Below, one piece after another: positions 1-10,343 of a stretch of 64,000 nucleotides of DNA. Each line of letters starts with the position of its first letter. The stretch's first letter is position 1. The notes beneath the pieces are model-generated. The model was not told where the DNA came from. It did no database searches and was given only the letters and a program-made list of their open reading frames with translations. This DNA is from Octopus vulgaris (Eukaryota): positions 218,240,001-218,304,000 of the forward strand of contig OX597814.1 of NCBI GenBank assembly GCA_951406725.2, given 5' to 3'. A program made the translations under genes and the position numbers.

Positions 1-677
1 TACTGTACTGATTTAAAAATATCACTGAAGCTATCAGGTATAACAGACAATTTGTTATGATTCAATACAAGTACAGTTATATTATTCAATAATGTAGAAT
101 TTTTTAAACAAAGATTAAAAACTTCAGATATATTTTTAATATTATTTTCTGCTAAATTTAAAGTTGTCAGTTTATTCTGATGACAAAGGGAATTAACTGG
201 AAAATTAACTGAGTCACAGTTGTTGATTCTTAAAGTTTCCAAATTGGGAAGATTGACAAAAGCATTTGAATTTACATTTAAATATTTACTTTTATAAATG
301 GTGAGATTTCTAAGATTATCCAAGCCAGCAAAAATATTTTCTGGTAGATTATTAATATAACAAGTTTCAAAGATGAGTTTTCTCAAATTAGTTAAGTGCT
401 TGAATGGGCTGCTATTAGCCAAAGATGTGGTGTAATCTGGTAAATTACATTTTATATATAGGTATGTTGTATTTTCTGCAGCCAACTTAGAGAAGATAGG
501 ATAATCATCTGATTTTAACTTAGTAAAATAGCAAATAACACTCACTGTGCCAGGCACCGCTTGCTCATTAGTGCATCGACATGAAAGAGGACAGTGGTAT
601 GATTTTCCAGAATGCACGAAACATATGCCAGTGAAAAACAATAGAGAAAATACAAAGGGATTGTGTAAATATATCAT
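1..677 (-). CDS. Toll-like receptor / LRR receptor N-terminus (partial; continues beyond window start)
   Basis: My translation from ATG at 677 is open to position 1: MIYLHNPFVFSLLFFTGICFVHSG (signal peptide), HCPLSCRC (LRRNT), then LRRs ...FKHLTNLRKLIFETCYINNLPENIFAGLDNLRNLTI...LTTLNLAENNI...ITVLVLNHNKLSVIP. The LxxxxCxIxxLPxxxFxGLxxLRNLTI pattern resembles Tollo/18-wheeler-type Tolls. The TIR domain is not in the window, so TLR identity is inferred. Confidence 0.85.
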   Translation of the reverse strand, partial: MIYLHNPFVFSLLFFTGICFVHSGKSYHCPLSCRCTNEQAVPGTVSVICYFTKLKSDDYPIFSKLAAENTTYLYIKCNLPDYTTSLANSSPFKHLTNLRKLIFETCYINNLPENIFAGLDNLRNLTIYKSKYLNVNSNAFVNLPNLETLRINNCDSVNFPVNSLCHQNKLTTLNLAENNIKNISEVFNLCLKNSTLLNNITVLVLNHNKLSVIPDSFSDIFKSVQ

Positions 678-690
678 ATTTAGTTAATAT

Positions 691-810
691 CTGAAAAAGA
701 AAGAAAGAATGGGACATTAGATAAATGTAAGTAAACAATCATCAAAGAAAAATGAAGTTGCATAAGTATAAAGAGATAAAAAACACATTCAGTTTTTTAG
801 AAGCACTTAC
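691..810 (-). other. Predicted 5'-UTR intron of the LRR/TLR gene
   Basis: Minus-strand donor GTAAGT starting at 810; polypyrimidine tract + AG (tttctttttcag) ending at 691, 13 nt before the ATG. Confidence 0.6.
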
Positions 811-1347
811 TTCTTAAATACAAAAAGGCATTTAGACACATGATGCAAAAAGCCAGAGAAATTGATATTGTAAACTGCAGGTTGAGGCAATCAGGACTGG
901 CTACTGACACTTTAAAACATTAGAAAGTAAGTTTGTAGATACATCTGGTTATATATTTGGCAAAAAAACCCTGCTATCTCCCAGAATACAACAATATATA
1001 ATTTTCCCTTTTCTAAATTTAAACAAAAATAGATCTCTCCTGATCTTGTTTGTAAAATAATGTGATTACAATTATATGACCTATGGTTTGAGAATACAGG
1101 TTAACATAGGAGAATTGAGATGGAAAATTTCATATCTTAATTTACCAGATCATTTGAGATAAATTCTAAATATATTTATGGCTTCTTTATACATAATTAT
1201 GTGTTTTACAAGCCAATGGGATAATCTGTGTGGGTAGATAAATACCTATCAGTAAGAAGGAAAATTAGCTAAATCACCACCACCATGACAGCATGCTGTA
1301 TTAAAATCAAATGAAACAGGGCTTAATTAATGAGATACTTCTTGTAA

Positions 1348-1470
1348 GATCACCTGATGAGATATTTCTGTACTGAAAGATGTGCAGAAACCAGTTGTAC
1401 AGTCTCCCACTCATGAGGAACCACAACAGGATGGGTCAAAACAATTGTTGTGAGCAATAAAGTTTCATGT
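1348..1470 (+). ncRNA. Two degenerate tandem hammerhead ribozyme motifs (Penelope-like/retrozyme remnant)
   Basis: CTGATGA(1354-1360)...GAAAC, followed by CTCATGA...AAAA-CAATTG-TT-GTGAG with a palindromic helix III, then AATAAA. Confidence 0.45.
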
Positions 1471-1691
1471 ATATTTAATTTTCTGTCTCTGTCATTTGTT
1501 ATAGACTCAACGAACACTGAAGAATTCCTGAGGTAGATCCAGCAACAATTGTGAAACTATTGTAGACGATGTCAAGTAGCTATAGGCAGTGAACATGCTT
1601 CCCTGGCTAACTACTAGGTACATGTCCAATACTTAAATAATTACTTACCACAACCATTATCCACACACATGCACACGGTCAAATTGATGCA

Positions 1692-1740
1692 GACACCTCT
1701 GATAAGAATCTTATAAGATTCGAAAATCAATTAAGGTTGT
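1692..1740 (+). ncRNA. Degenerate minimal hammerhead motif
   Basis: acct-CTGATAA-gaatc/ttataa/gattc-GAAA-atcaat-TA-aggt: helices I and II pair, but the core has G8->A. Confidence 0.45.
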
Positions 1741-1907
1741 TAATTTTTAAAAATTTCCAGGGATGTGGCTAAATTAGCCCTATTTATGTATGTACTATAT
1801 AAGTTACATATATCCATTATCATTATCCTACATATATTGTATATTACACCTAAATACTGTCTAGGCTGATATCCTTGTTGATAAGCTTCTAATATTTAAA
1901 AAATAGT

Positions 1908-2290
1908 GGAGGCGCAATGGCCCAGTGGCTAGGGCAGCGGACTCGCGGTCGTAGGATCGCGGTTTCGATTCCCAGATCGGGCGTTGTGAGTGTTTATTGA
2001 GCGAAAACACCTAAAAGCTCCACGAGGCTCCAGCAGGGGATGGTGGTGATCCCTGCTGTACTCTTTCACCACAACTTTCTCTCACACTTACTTCCTGTTT
2101 CTGTTGTACCTGTATTTCAAAGGGCCGGCCTTGTCAGTCTCTGTGTCACGCTGAATATCCCCCGAGAACTACGTTAAGGGTACACGTGTCTGTGGAGTGC
2201 TCAGCCACTTACACGTTAATTTCACGAGCAGGCTGTTCCGTTGGTCGGATCAACCGGAACCCTCATTGTCGTAACCGACGGAGTGCTTCC
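1908..2290 (+). mobile_element. tRNA-derived SINE, family A (GGAGGCGCAATGGCCCAGTGG head)
   Basis: A-box/B-box-like tRNA head; near-identical copies at 29075-29459(-), 46322-46708(+) and 50748-51129(-). Confidence 0.9.
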
Positions 2291-2516
2291 TCCTTAATTT
2301 AAAAAATAAAGTGTTAACACTTACAGTTTGTTGATTATTAGCTCTAGTTTTAAGTACCTACTGTAACTGATGAGTGTATAAATAGATTGAGTTCTGGTTT
2401 CTCTGGGATTGGTTAAATTGATGTTGATGCCTCAAATGAGAATCCATTTTTTTTCAATCTATGGAGAAGCAGCTAAATTTATTCTGTTTATATACATGCT
2501 ATATATATATGTGTTA

Positions 2517-2667
2517 GTTGGCGTTAGGAAGGGCATCCAGCTGTAGAAACATTGCCAGATTAGACTGGAGCCTGGTGCAGCCTTCTGGCTTCCCAGAACC
2601 CCGGTCGAACCGTCCAACCCATGCTAGCATGGAGAACGGACGTTAAACGACGATGATGATGATGATG
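2517..2667 (+). mobile_element. SINE 3' portion with (GAT)n tail, family D
   Basis: TTGGCGTTAGGAAGGGCATCCAGC...GACGTTAAACGACGATGATGA; matches 38666-38820. Confidence 0.75.
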
Positions 2668-2949
2668 TGTGTGTATTACTGACTAAGTTTTTGTTATTTC
2701 AAATCCTATCTTTCCAAACCTGTTCACCTCTTCATCGTGTCTTAAATACAGTCTGTTTAATATGCTCAGTGTTTTTGCTTTTTTTTTATAATCAGATACC
2801 AAATAAGTATTAAAGATAATGTTTGCGCATTAAATATTCATGCTCACATAAGCAGACAGTGACAGATAACCATTAAAGGGCATGACATAATTCTTTAATG
2901 TTGTTAAAAGATTCCAATAAAAGAATGAAAAGTGTTTTACATATCTTTC

Positions 2950-3352
2950 TTTTTCTTTCTTTTTTCTTGTTTCAGTAATTTGACTGCGGCCATGCCGGAG
3001 CACCGCCTTTAATTGAGCAAATCGACCCCGGGACTATTTCTTTTGTAAGCCCAGTACTTATTCTATTGGTCTCTTTTGCCGAACCGCTAAGTAATGGGGA
3101 CGTAAACACACCAGCATCGGTTGTCAAGCAATGCTAGGGGGACAAACACAGACACACAAACACACAGATATATATATATATATACATATATACGACAGGC
3201 TTCTTTCAGTTTCCGTCTACCAAATCCACTCACAAGGCATTGGTCGGCCCGGGGCTATAGCAGAAGACACTTGCCCAAGGTGCCACGCAGTGGGACTGAA
3301 CCCAGAACCATGTGGCTGGTTAGCAAGCTACTTACCACACAGCCACTCCTGC
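2950..3352 (-). mobile_element. tRNA-derived SINE, family B (GGAGTGGCTGTGTGGTAAG head)
   Basis: Reverse complement of the copy at 3428-3830; other copies at 34115 and 39420. Confidence 0.9.
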
Positions 3353-3427
3353 GTATATGTGTGTGTGTATTGTTTTGTAGTTACTTTATACACTGTTAAA
3401 GCCCAGACATGTGTCTTTTTATAAACA

Positions 3428-3830
3428 AGCAGGAGTGGCTGTGTGGTAAGTAGCTTGTTTACCAACCACATGGTTCCGGGTTCAGTCCCACTGCATGGCA
3501 CCTTGGGCAAGTGTCTTCTACTATAGCCTCGGGCCGACCAAAGCCTTGTGAGTTGATTTGGTAGATGGAAACTGAAAGAAGCCTGTCGTATATATGTATA
3601 TATATATATATGTGTGTGTTTGTGTGTCTGTGTTTGTCCCCCTAGCATTGCTTGACAACCGATGCTGGTGTGTTTATGTCCCCGTTACTTAGTGGTTCGG
3701 CAAAAGAGACCGATAGAATAAGTACTGGGCTTACAAAAGAATAAGTCCCGGGGTCGATTTGCTCGATTAAAGGCGGTGCTCCAGCATGGCCACAGTCAAA
3801 TGACTGAAACAAGTAAAAGAGTAAAGAGAG
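3428..3830 (+). mobile_element. tRNA-derived SINE, family B
   Basis: Head GGAGTGGCTGTGTGGTAAG...GGTTCAGTCCC, internal (TA)/(TG) tract, AGTAAAAGAGTAAA tail. Confidence 0.9.
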
Positions 3831-3890
3831 AGAGTAAGCCAGTTGCCAATAAGGAATAAATGTGTTAGAGAGAAGAGAAAGATAGCCTGG

Positions 3891-3978
<88 letters not shown>

Positions 3979-4488
3979 TAAGGTGAACATAGAAAGCTTG
4001 TTCCCCACCATCGCACCTCACTGAAACATACTCCAAGCATTCTAACATGATAGATATACAAGGAGTAGGCCAAGGAACAAATGAATTTGGATTTTTCCTT
4101 TTTATGAAATTGAAGTATAAAATAACCTTTGGTTCATGAATGTTTAACTAAGCAAACTGAATTTCATGTCAGCTGTCATTCTATTGTTATTGCTACTAGC
4201 AGAAAGACTGCCCTCCAGGCATTTTTCTGCTAACCACTTGATAATATATTTCCACACTTGATTCCTAATTCTAATAATTTTTATGATATTTTACATCTAA
4301 TTATTTCTTTGTATAATAGTGCTCACTTGCTTAGTAAATATTGCTTTCATTATTTTATCAAAGTCATAATCTCTCTTTTTTAAACAAATATCACAGTAGT
4401 CCAACAACAGAGGGAGAGGCAATTTGTCAAATTTTACCTCCCCCTCAAAGCAACAGAGATTTCAATTCAGCAGCCCATCTGTAAGCTT

Positions 4489-4550
<62 letters not shown>

Positions 4551-5949
4551 GAGAGAACATTGCAAACATTGAATGAAATAAGCATGAAAGGAAAAAATCG
4601 TATAAATAAAAGGCATTGCTACAGATGTATATGTCCCTGACCTTGTTGCCTCATAACATCCAGAAAAATGGATACTTTTTAACAAAATTTTGTACAAATA
4701 CTGCTTAGATGTTGTGGCTTCAGAGTATATAGGAATTTATGAGAAAGAATTTTTCCAAGTGGGTGGAGAGAGGAGTTTCAGAAAATTCAGATGATCTGAC
4801 ATTTTTTCCCTCATAACTTTCAGGAAAATGGGTATCTTTTAATGAAAGTTTATACAAATCCCTTTCAAACAGCATAGATTATGATTATAAAGAAATTTGC
4901 AGAGAAAATTTCTTTAGAGATTTTCCCCACGTTTCTAAAATTTTTTTAGAGATTTTCCCCATTTTTTAAAAAAAATTGGGAAGGTGGCGTGGATCTTTGT
5001 ATGAAAAAAAATTTTGAAAACTTTTTTTTTACATCCCACTTCTCTCATCCTCTCAATTCTATTTTGGCCAAATTTTATTGCACTTCAAATTTCACAAAAC
5101 TGCGATAACATAATGAAAGATGTTTTGCACTGGTCAAACGATTCTCTTTAATTTCACTTTGCCACAGTATTTCTTAGCTATTTTCCCTTTTCTTTTTCCA
5201 AAAGAGATTGCTGTTATTTCTACACTCATACTTATTCTAACTTTCAAAACAGAAAAAAAGAATGAACACTTTAATTTCACATTACTTTGTCATATTACTG
5301 TGGGAAATCTTTTTAAAAAAAGTAAAGCTGGAGGCAGATAAAGTTATAAATAATAGGATGTAAATACTGAGTTAAAAAAAAATTGGGGTAGAAAAAGCCG
5401 AAGGCTGCCCATGAAAAATTGTTTACACGTTTTTTTATAGCTCTATCTACTTCGAGTTTCACGGTTCAAAAAAAAAACACGAACTTTTTTTTACTTTCGA
5501 GTAATGTTAGGAGAAAAAGTTTTAATATTGTAATCTTTCATTTTTTCACAATGTTCTTCAATTCAAATGACGAACAGGTACATAATATAATTATATAAAT
5601 TATTAGTGTCGATTGGAGAGTACATATCTATCTACAAAATGAAATTAAAAAAAAAAGTGTTATGTGCCAGTATATATGAGTGCGCGCCTACCTATTTTTT
5701 TTTTCTCATTAAATTCCAATATAATTGTAATCTATGCCATCTGAAAGGTATTTGTAGAAAATTTCATCACAAAATACCCTTTTGTCTGAAAGTTATGAAG
5801 AAACAAAGTCTATTCGTGTGAGTTATCCGAAACTCCGAAACTGCTCACCTCTGAAAAAATAAATTTTTTTCACAACAAATTCCGGTATAATCAGAATCTA
5901 CAACATCAGAAAGTTATTTATGGAAAATTTCATGCCCAGGGAAGTAAGG

Positions 5950-6705
5950 CGTTCAGAATATGGCAAATGCCTGATTGAGGGTATTCTCTTGGTTGCACGT
6001 CACTGAACGGTTTCCAGATGATTAATATCCTGGGCAGGATAGGGATTCCACCCCGGTGATGCAAATTCCAGGTGAGGCCGCACCATAGCTATATAAAGCC
6101 TCATGTAGATAGCCGGAGAGCGGCTCACAAAGGACTTGGTGAGTGATGCCAAGACACCCTCAGCCTTCTTCGCAATTTTAGCTATGTGTTTTGTCCAACG
6201 CAAATCGCTGTCGACAATAATGCCCAGGTCACGTTCACAAGAAGACTTTGAGATTAGTGTTGTGGAGGGAGTAAGTAGACGCTGGGTTTTTCCTCCCAAA
6301 ATGCATGGTGGTACATTTGTCCACAGCCAGCTTGAGTTGCCAGTCCATGATCCACTGCTGCATTGTGTCCAGGTCTGATTGCAATAAAGATCTACAGTAT
6401 ACAGGATCTGTCCTCTTTATTTCGAGGTACAGCTTGATGTCATCTATATATTTCAGCACTGTGGCATTCTTTAAGTCGGCATCTATGTCATTAATATTTG
6501 CAACAAATAAAAGGGAGCCAAGAACAGATCCCTGTGGTACACCAGATGTCATCTCATAAGGCGAAGAGTGCTGTCCTAGAACTGTGACAACCTCTTTTCG
6601 GCTAATAATGAAGGACTTCAACCAGTTATAGAGATCATCTCTTACACCCATTGCAGAGAGTTTCACCATAAGTCTTTTGTGTGGCACAGAATTAAAAGCA
6701 TTGGC
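5950..6705 (-). mobile_element. CR1/L2-type LINE reverse transcriptase fragment (frameshifted)
   Basis: ORFs 6235-6687 (SGVPQGSVLG...KYIDDIKL) and 6000-6299 (ERDLGIIVD...VRPHLEFAS..W.PY). Confidence 0.88.
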
Positions 6706-6975
6706 AGAAATGCGTCACGCCGGGCGAAATGCGTAGCGGTATTTCGGCTGCCGTTACGTTCTGAGTTCAAATTCCGCCGAGGTCGACTTTGCCTTTCATC
6801 CTTTCGGGGTCGATTAAATTAGTACCAGTTATGCACTGGAGGGTCGATATAATCGACTTAATACCTATGTCTGTCCTTGTTTGTCCCCTCTATGTTTAGC
6901 CCCTTGTGGGTTATAAAGAAATAGGTATTTCGTCTGCGTTACGTTCTGAGTTCAAATTCCGCCGAGGTCGACTTT
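6702..6975 (+). mobile_element. SINE family C (about 1.3 units) fused to a ~130-bp segment
   Basis: GAGTTCAAATTCCGCCGAGGTCGACTTTGCCTTTCATCCTTTCGGGGTCGA core; restarts at GGTATTTCG after the AAAGAAATA tail. Confidence 0.85.
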
Positions 6976-7119
6976 TAATACGAGTTACCAAAGAAGAAAA
7001 AATTTCAAAATTGAAACCCGCCCCAACCGGAAATCTGACAAGCTAGAAACAACAGCCAAACGGATGATCAACTTTCTAAACACGAATTACCAAAAGAAAA
7101 AAAAATTAATTAGATTTTG

Positions 7120-7155
<36 letters not shown>

Positions 7156-7673
7156 AAAAAATCAAATTAAATTTTTTTTTATTTAGATTTTTTTTCTCTT
7201 TTGGTAATTCGTATTTAGAAAGTTGATCCTCCGTTTGGCTGCTGTTTCTAGCTTGTCAGATTTCCGGTTGGGGCGGGTTTCAGTTTTGAAATTTTTTCTT
7301 CTTTGATAACTCGTATTAAAATTTTGAAAACGTGTTCCTAGCATGTCGGGTTTTCTATTTAGATACTTTTTGCGTCTGCTATTCTATGCATGCGGGGAAA
7401 CATTAATAGAGAAACCATTTTAATTTCACTTCTTGTCATAGGGCGGGGGGGGGGAGGGTGTGTGTTTGTACACATTTTTTTTGTTATCAGTGAAAATGAT
7501 GACCAGATACATTAATATATAGGCAAATATATTTTGCTCGCCTTTGTTAATAATTACATTTTCACCCTTTAAAAAACATACCAAAGCGTTGAATTACAAA
7601 CACAAATCCGACAAACTGGCCACAGCTCACGTTGCTGTGACCAGAAAGAAATGGTAAATAGATAGCATTTTAA

Positions 7674-8768
7674 GGCGGCGAGCTGGCAGAATCGTTAGCA
7701 CGTCGGGCGAAATGCTTAGCGGTATTTCGTCTGCCGTTACGCTGTGAGTTCAAATTCCGCCGAGGTCGACTTTGCCTTTCATCCTTTCGGGGTCGATAAA
7801 TTAAGTACCAGTTACGCACTGGGGGGTCGATGTAATCGACTTAATACCTATGTCTGTCCTTGTTTGTCCCCTCTGTGTTTAGCCCCTTGTGGGAAATAAA
7901 GAAATAGGTATTTCGTCTGCGTTACGTTCTGAGTTCAAATTCCGCCGAGGTCGACTTTGCCTTTCATCCTTTCGGGGGTCGATAAATTAAGTACCAGTTA
8001 CGCACTGGGGTCGATGTAATCGACTTAATACCTATGTCTGTCCTTGTTTGTCCCCTCTGTGTTTAGCCCCTTGTGGGTAATAAAGAAATAGGTATTTCGT
8101 CTGCGTTACGTTCTGAGTTCAAATTCCGCTGAGGTCGACTTTGCCTTTCATCCTTTCGGGGTCGATAAATTAAGTACCAGTTACGCACTGGGGTCGATGT
8201 AATCGACTTAATACCTATGTCTGTCCTTGTTTGTCCTCTCTGTGTTTAGCCCCTTGTGGGTAATAAAGAAATAGGTATTTCGTCTGCGTTACGTTCTGAG
8301 TTCAAATTCCGCCGAGGTCGACTTTGCCTTTCATCCTTTCGGGGGTCGAGAGAGAGAGTACCAGTTACGCACTGGGGTCGATGTAATCGACTTAATACCT
8401 ATGTCTGTCCTTGTTTGTCCCCTCTGTGTTTAGCCCCTTGTGGGTAATAAAGAAATAGGTATTTCGTCTGCCGTTACGTTCTGAGTTCAAATTCCGCCGA
8501 GGTCGACTTTTAATACGAGTTACCAAAGAAGAAAAAATTTCAAAATTGAAACCCGCCCCAACCGGAAATCTGACAAGCTAGAAACAACAGCCAAACGGAG
8601 GATCAACTTTCTAAACACGAATTACCAAAAGAAAAAAAAAATTCATCCTTTCGGGGTCGATAAATTAAGTACCAGTTACGCACTGGGGTCGATGTAATCG
8701 ACTTAATATCTATGTCTGTCCTTGTTTGTCCCCTCTATGTTTAGCCCCTTGTGGGTAATAAAGAAATA
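7674..8768 (+). repeat. Head-to-tail pentamer of SINE family C (183-184 bp period)
   Basis: Units start at 7674, 7907, 8091, 8274 and 8458. The whole array is flanked by GGTAAATAGATAGCATT at 7653-7669 and 8769-8785. Confidence 0.9.
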
Positions 8769-8833
8769 GGTAAATAGATAGCATTAAAGATACGTGAAAC
8801 CATCAGATGAAGAAAGCATCTGTTTAAGACACT

Positions 8834-8887
<54 letters not shown>

Positions 8888-9965
8888 AACTAAAAGATTT
8901 AATTACCTTGATCTTTGTAAAAGCTGTTTTGTAAAAGATTTTTTGGCGTTGCTGATTTTTTATCCCTTTTCCTGATATATGTTAAGTCAACATTTACTTT
9001 ATGTTCAGGGTGTGTAAAGTTATATTCGATGTTCTTGAACAGGTTGTTGTGGTAATGGCTTAACAAGTCAGCTTTGAGAAAACGAATCTCTTCAAAAATC
9101 TTCCAGTCGTAATCATCATCATTTTTTTCCTTTTTTCTATTTTACTTATCTTCTTCAAACTTAGTATCCAATAACTCTTATTTTTTCCCTTTCCAAGACA
9201 GAATTAATTACGAAGGAGAGATTTGGCTACTGTTTCTTGGTAGGTCGAGAGACCCATAAGTCTTCTTAGTTGATTCGTAACGCTGGTGGGTTGTCTCTTA
9301 TGTAGTCTCGAGGTAGTTTTTCCTCTGCATTTTTGTTTTAATTAAGAAATAGAATTAAACCAGTTATCTGTTGAAGTTTTAAAAAATATTTGTAATTGAA
9401 AATAGGAACAGAAAGGCAGAAAGGCGCCACGTAAACTATTCTTTGTTTTCAGCAAATAGACGAGTCTTTTAACTGAGACTAACTAAAGCAACCCCGTCAT
9501 TTTTTATACTAGTGTGAGTGCGGGGTGGAGAGGAGGGAGAGAAAGAGAAGAGAAAGGAATTTGCGTAAGAGTTAGGCAAGCTTGTGCGCGCGAGTTAATA
9601 GTGTTTACACTCAAGCCAGTATTAAGGAGCGGCTAAAACTATACGAAGAGTCGTCGTATAGAATAACAGATTACTTGCTTATCGTTTTTTAATTTACTTC
9701 TTTTTTAAGGAACAGATTTTTTTTTACTCTGTGTGTGTGTGTGGGTGTGAGTGTGTGTGGGGGATGTGCGTGCGTGAATGAGCGCGCGCGCGCACGTGTG
9801 CTTGTGTGTGTCTAGCTGAGTGTCACAGGAATGTTTTTTTTTATTTTGCTTTTATATATCGCCAATCACCACTCCCCCACCTCAAATATCACCGTCTTCG
9901 GCCTTTCCCTACACAATGGATTTACCAATTCTACACTCCGTCTGGAGCAGTGTTGCATTTTCAAT

Positions 9966-10061
9966 TACATACATACATACATACATACATACTTACATAC
10001 ATACATACGTATGTACGTACGTACGTACGTACGTACATACATACATACATACATACATACA

Positions 10062-10093
<32 letters not shown>

Positions 10094-10343
10094 CATACAT
10101 ACATACATACATACTTACATACATACATACGTACGTACGTACGTACGTATGTACGTACATACATACATACGTACATACATACATACGTACATACATACGT
10201 ACATACATACGTACATACATACATACGTACGTACATACATACATACGTACATACATACATACATACATACATACATTCATACATACATACATACATACAT
10301 ACATACATACATACATACATACATACATACATACATACATACA
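9966..10343 (+). repeat. (TACA)n/(TACG)n microsatellite
   Basis: Directly visible; the source of the spurious YIHT/YVCM ORFs. Confidence 0.97.

Noticed and set aside
541-546. GTGAGT splice donor inside the Toll-like CDS
   Set aside because: The frame reads through into clear LRRs, so no intron is needed.
1908-1985. tRNA gene
   Set aside because: tRNA-like SINE head continuing into a repeated SINE body; no proper acceptor stem.
7674-8768. CRISPR-like array
   Set aside because: The units are whole SINE bodies without unique spacers; eukaryotic context and no cas genes.
8907-9140. Minus-strand open frame (DDDYDWKIFEEIRF...) ending at a splice donor
   Set aside because: No in-frame ATG or clear acceptor and no recognisable domain; at most a UTR exon.
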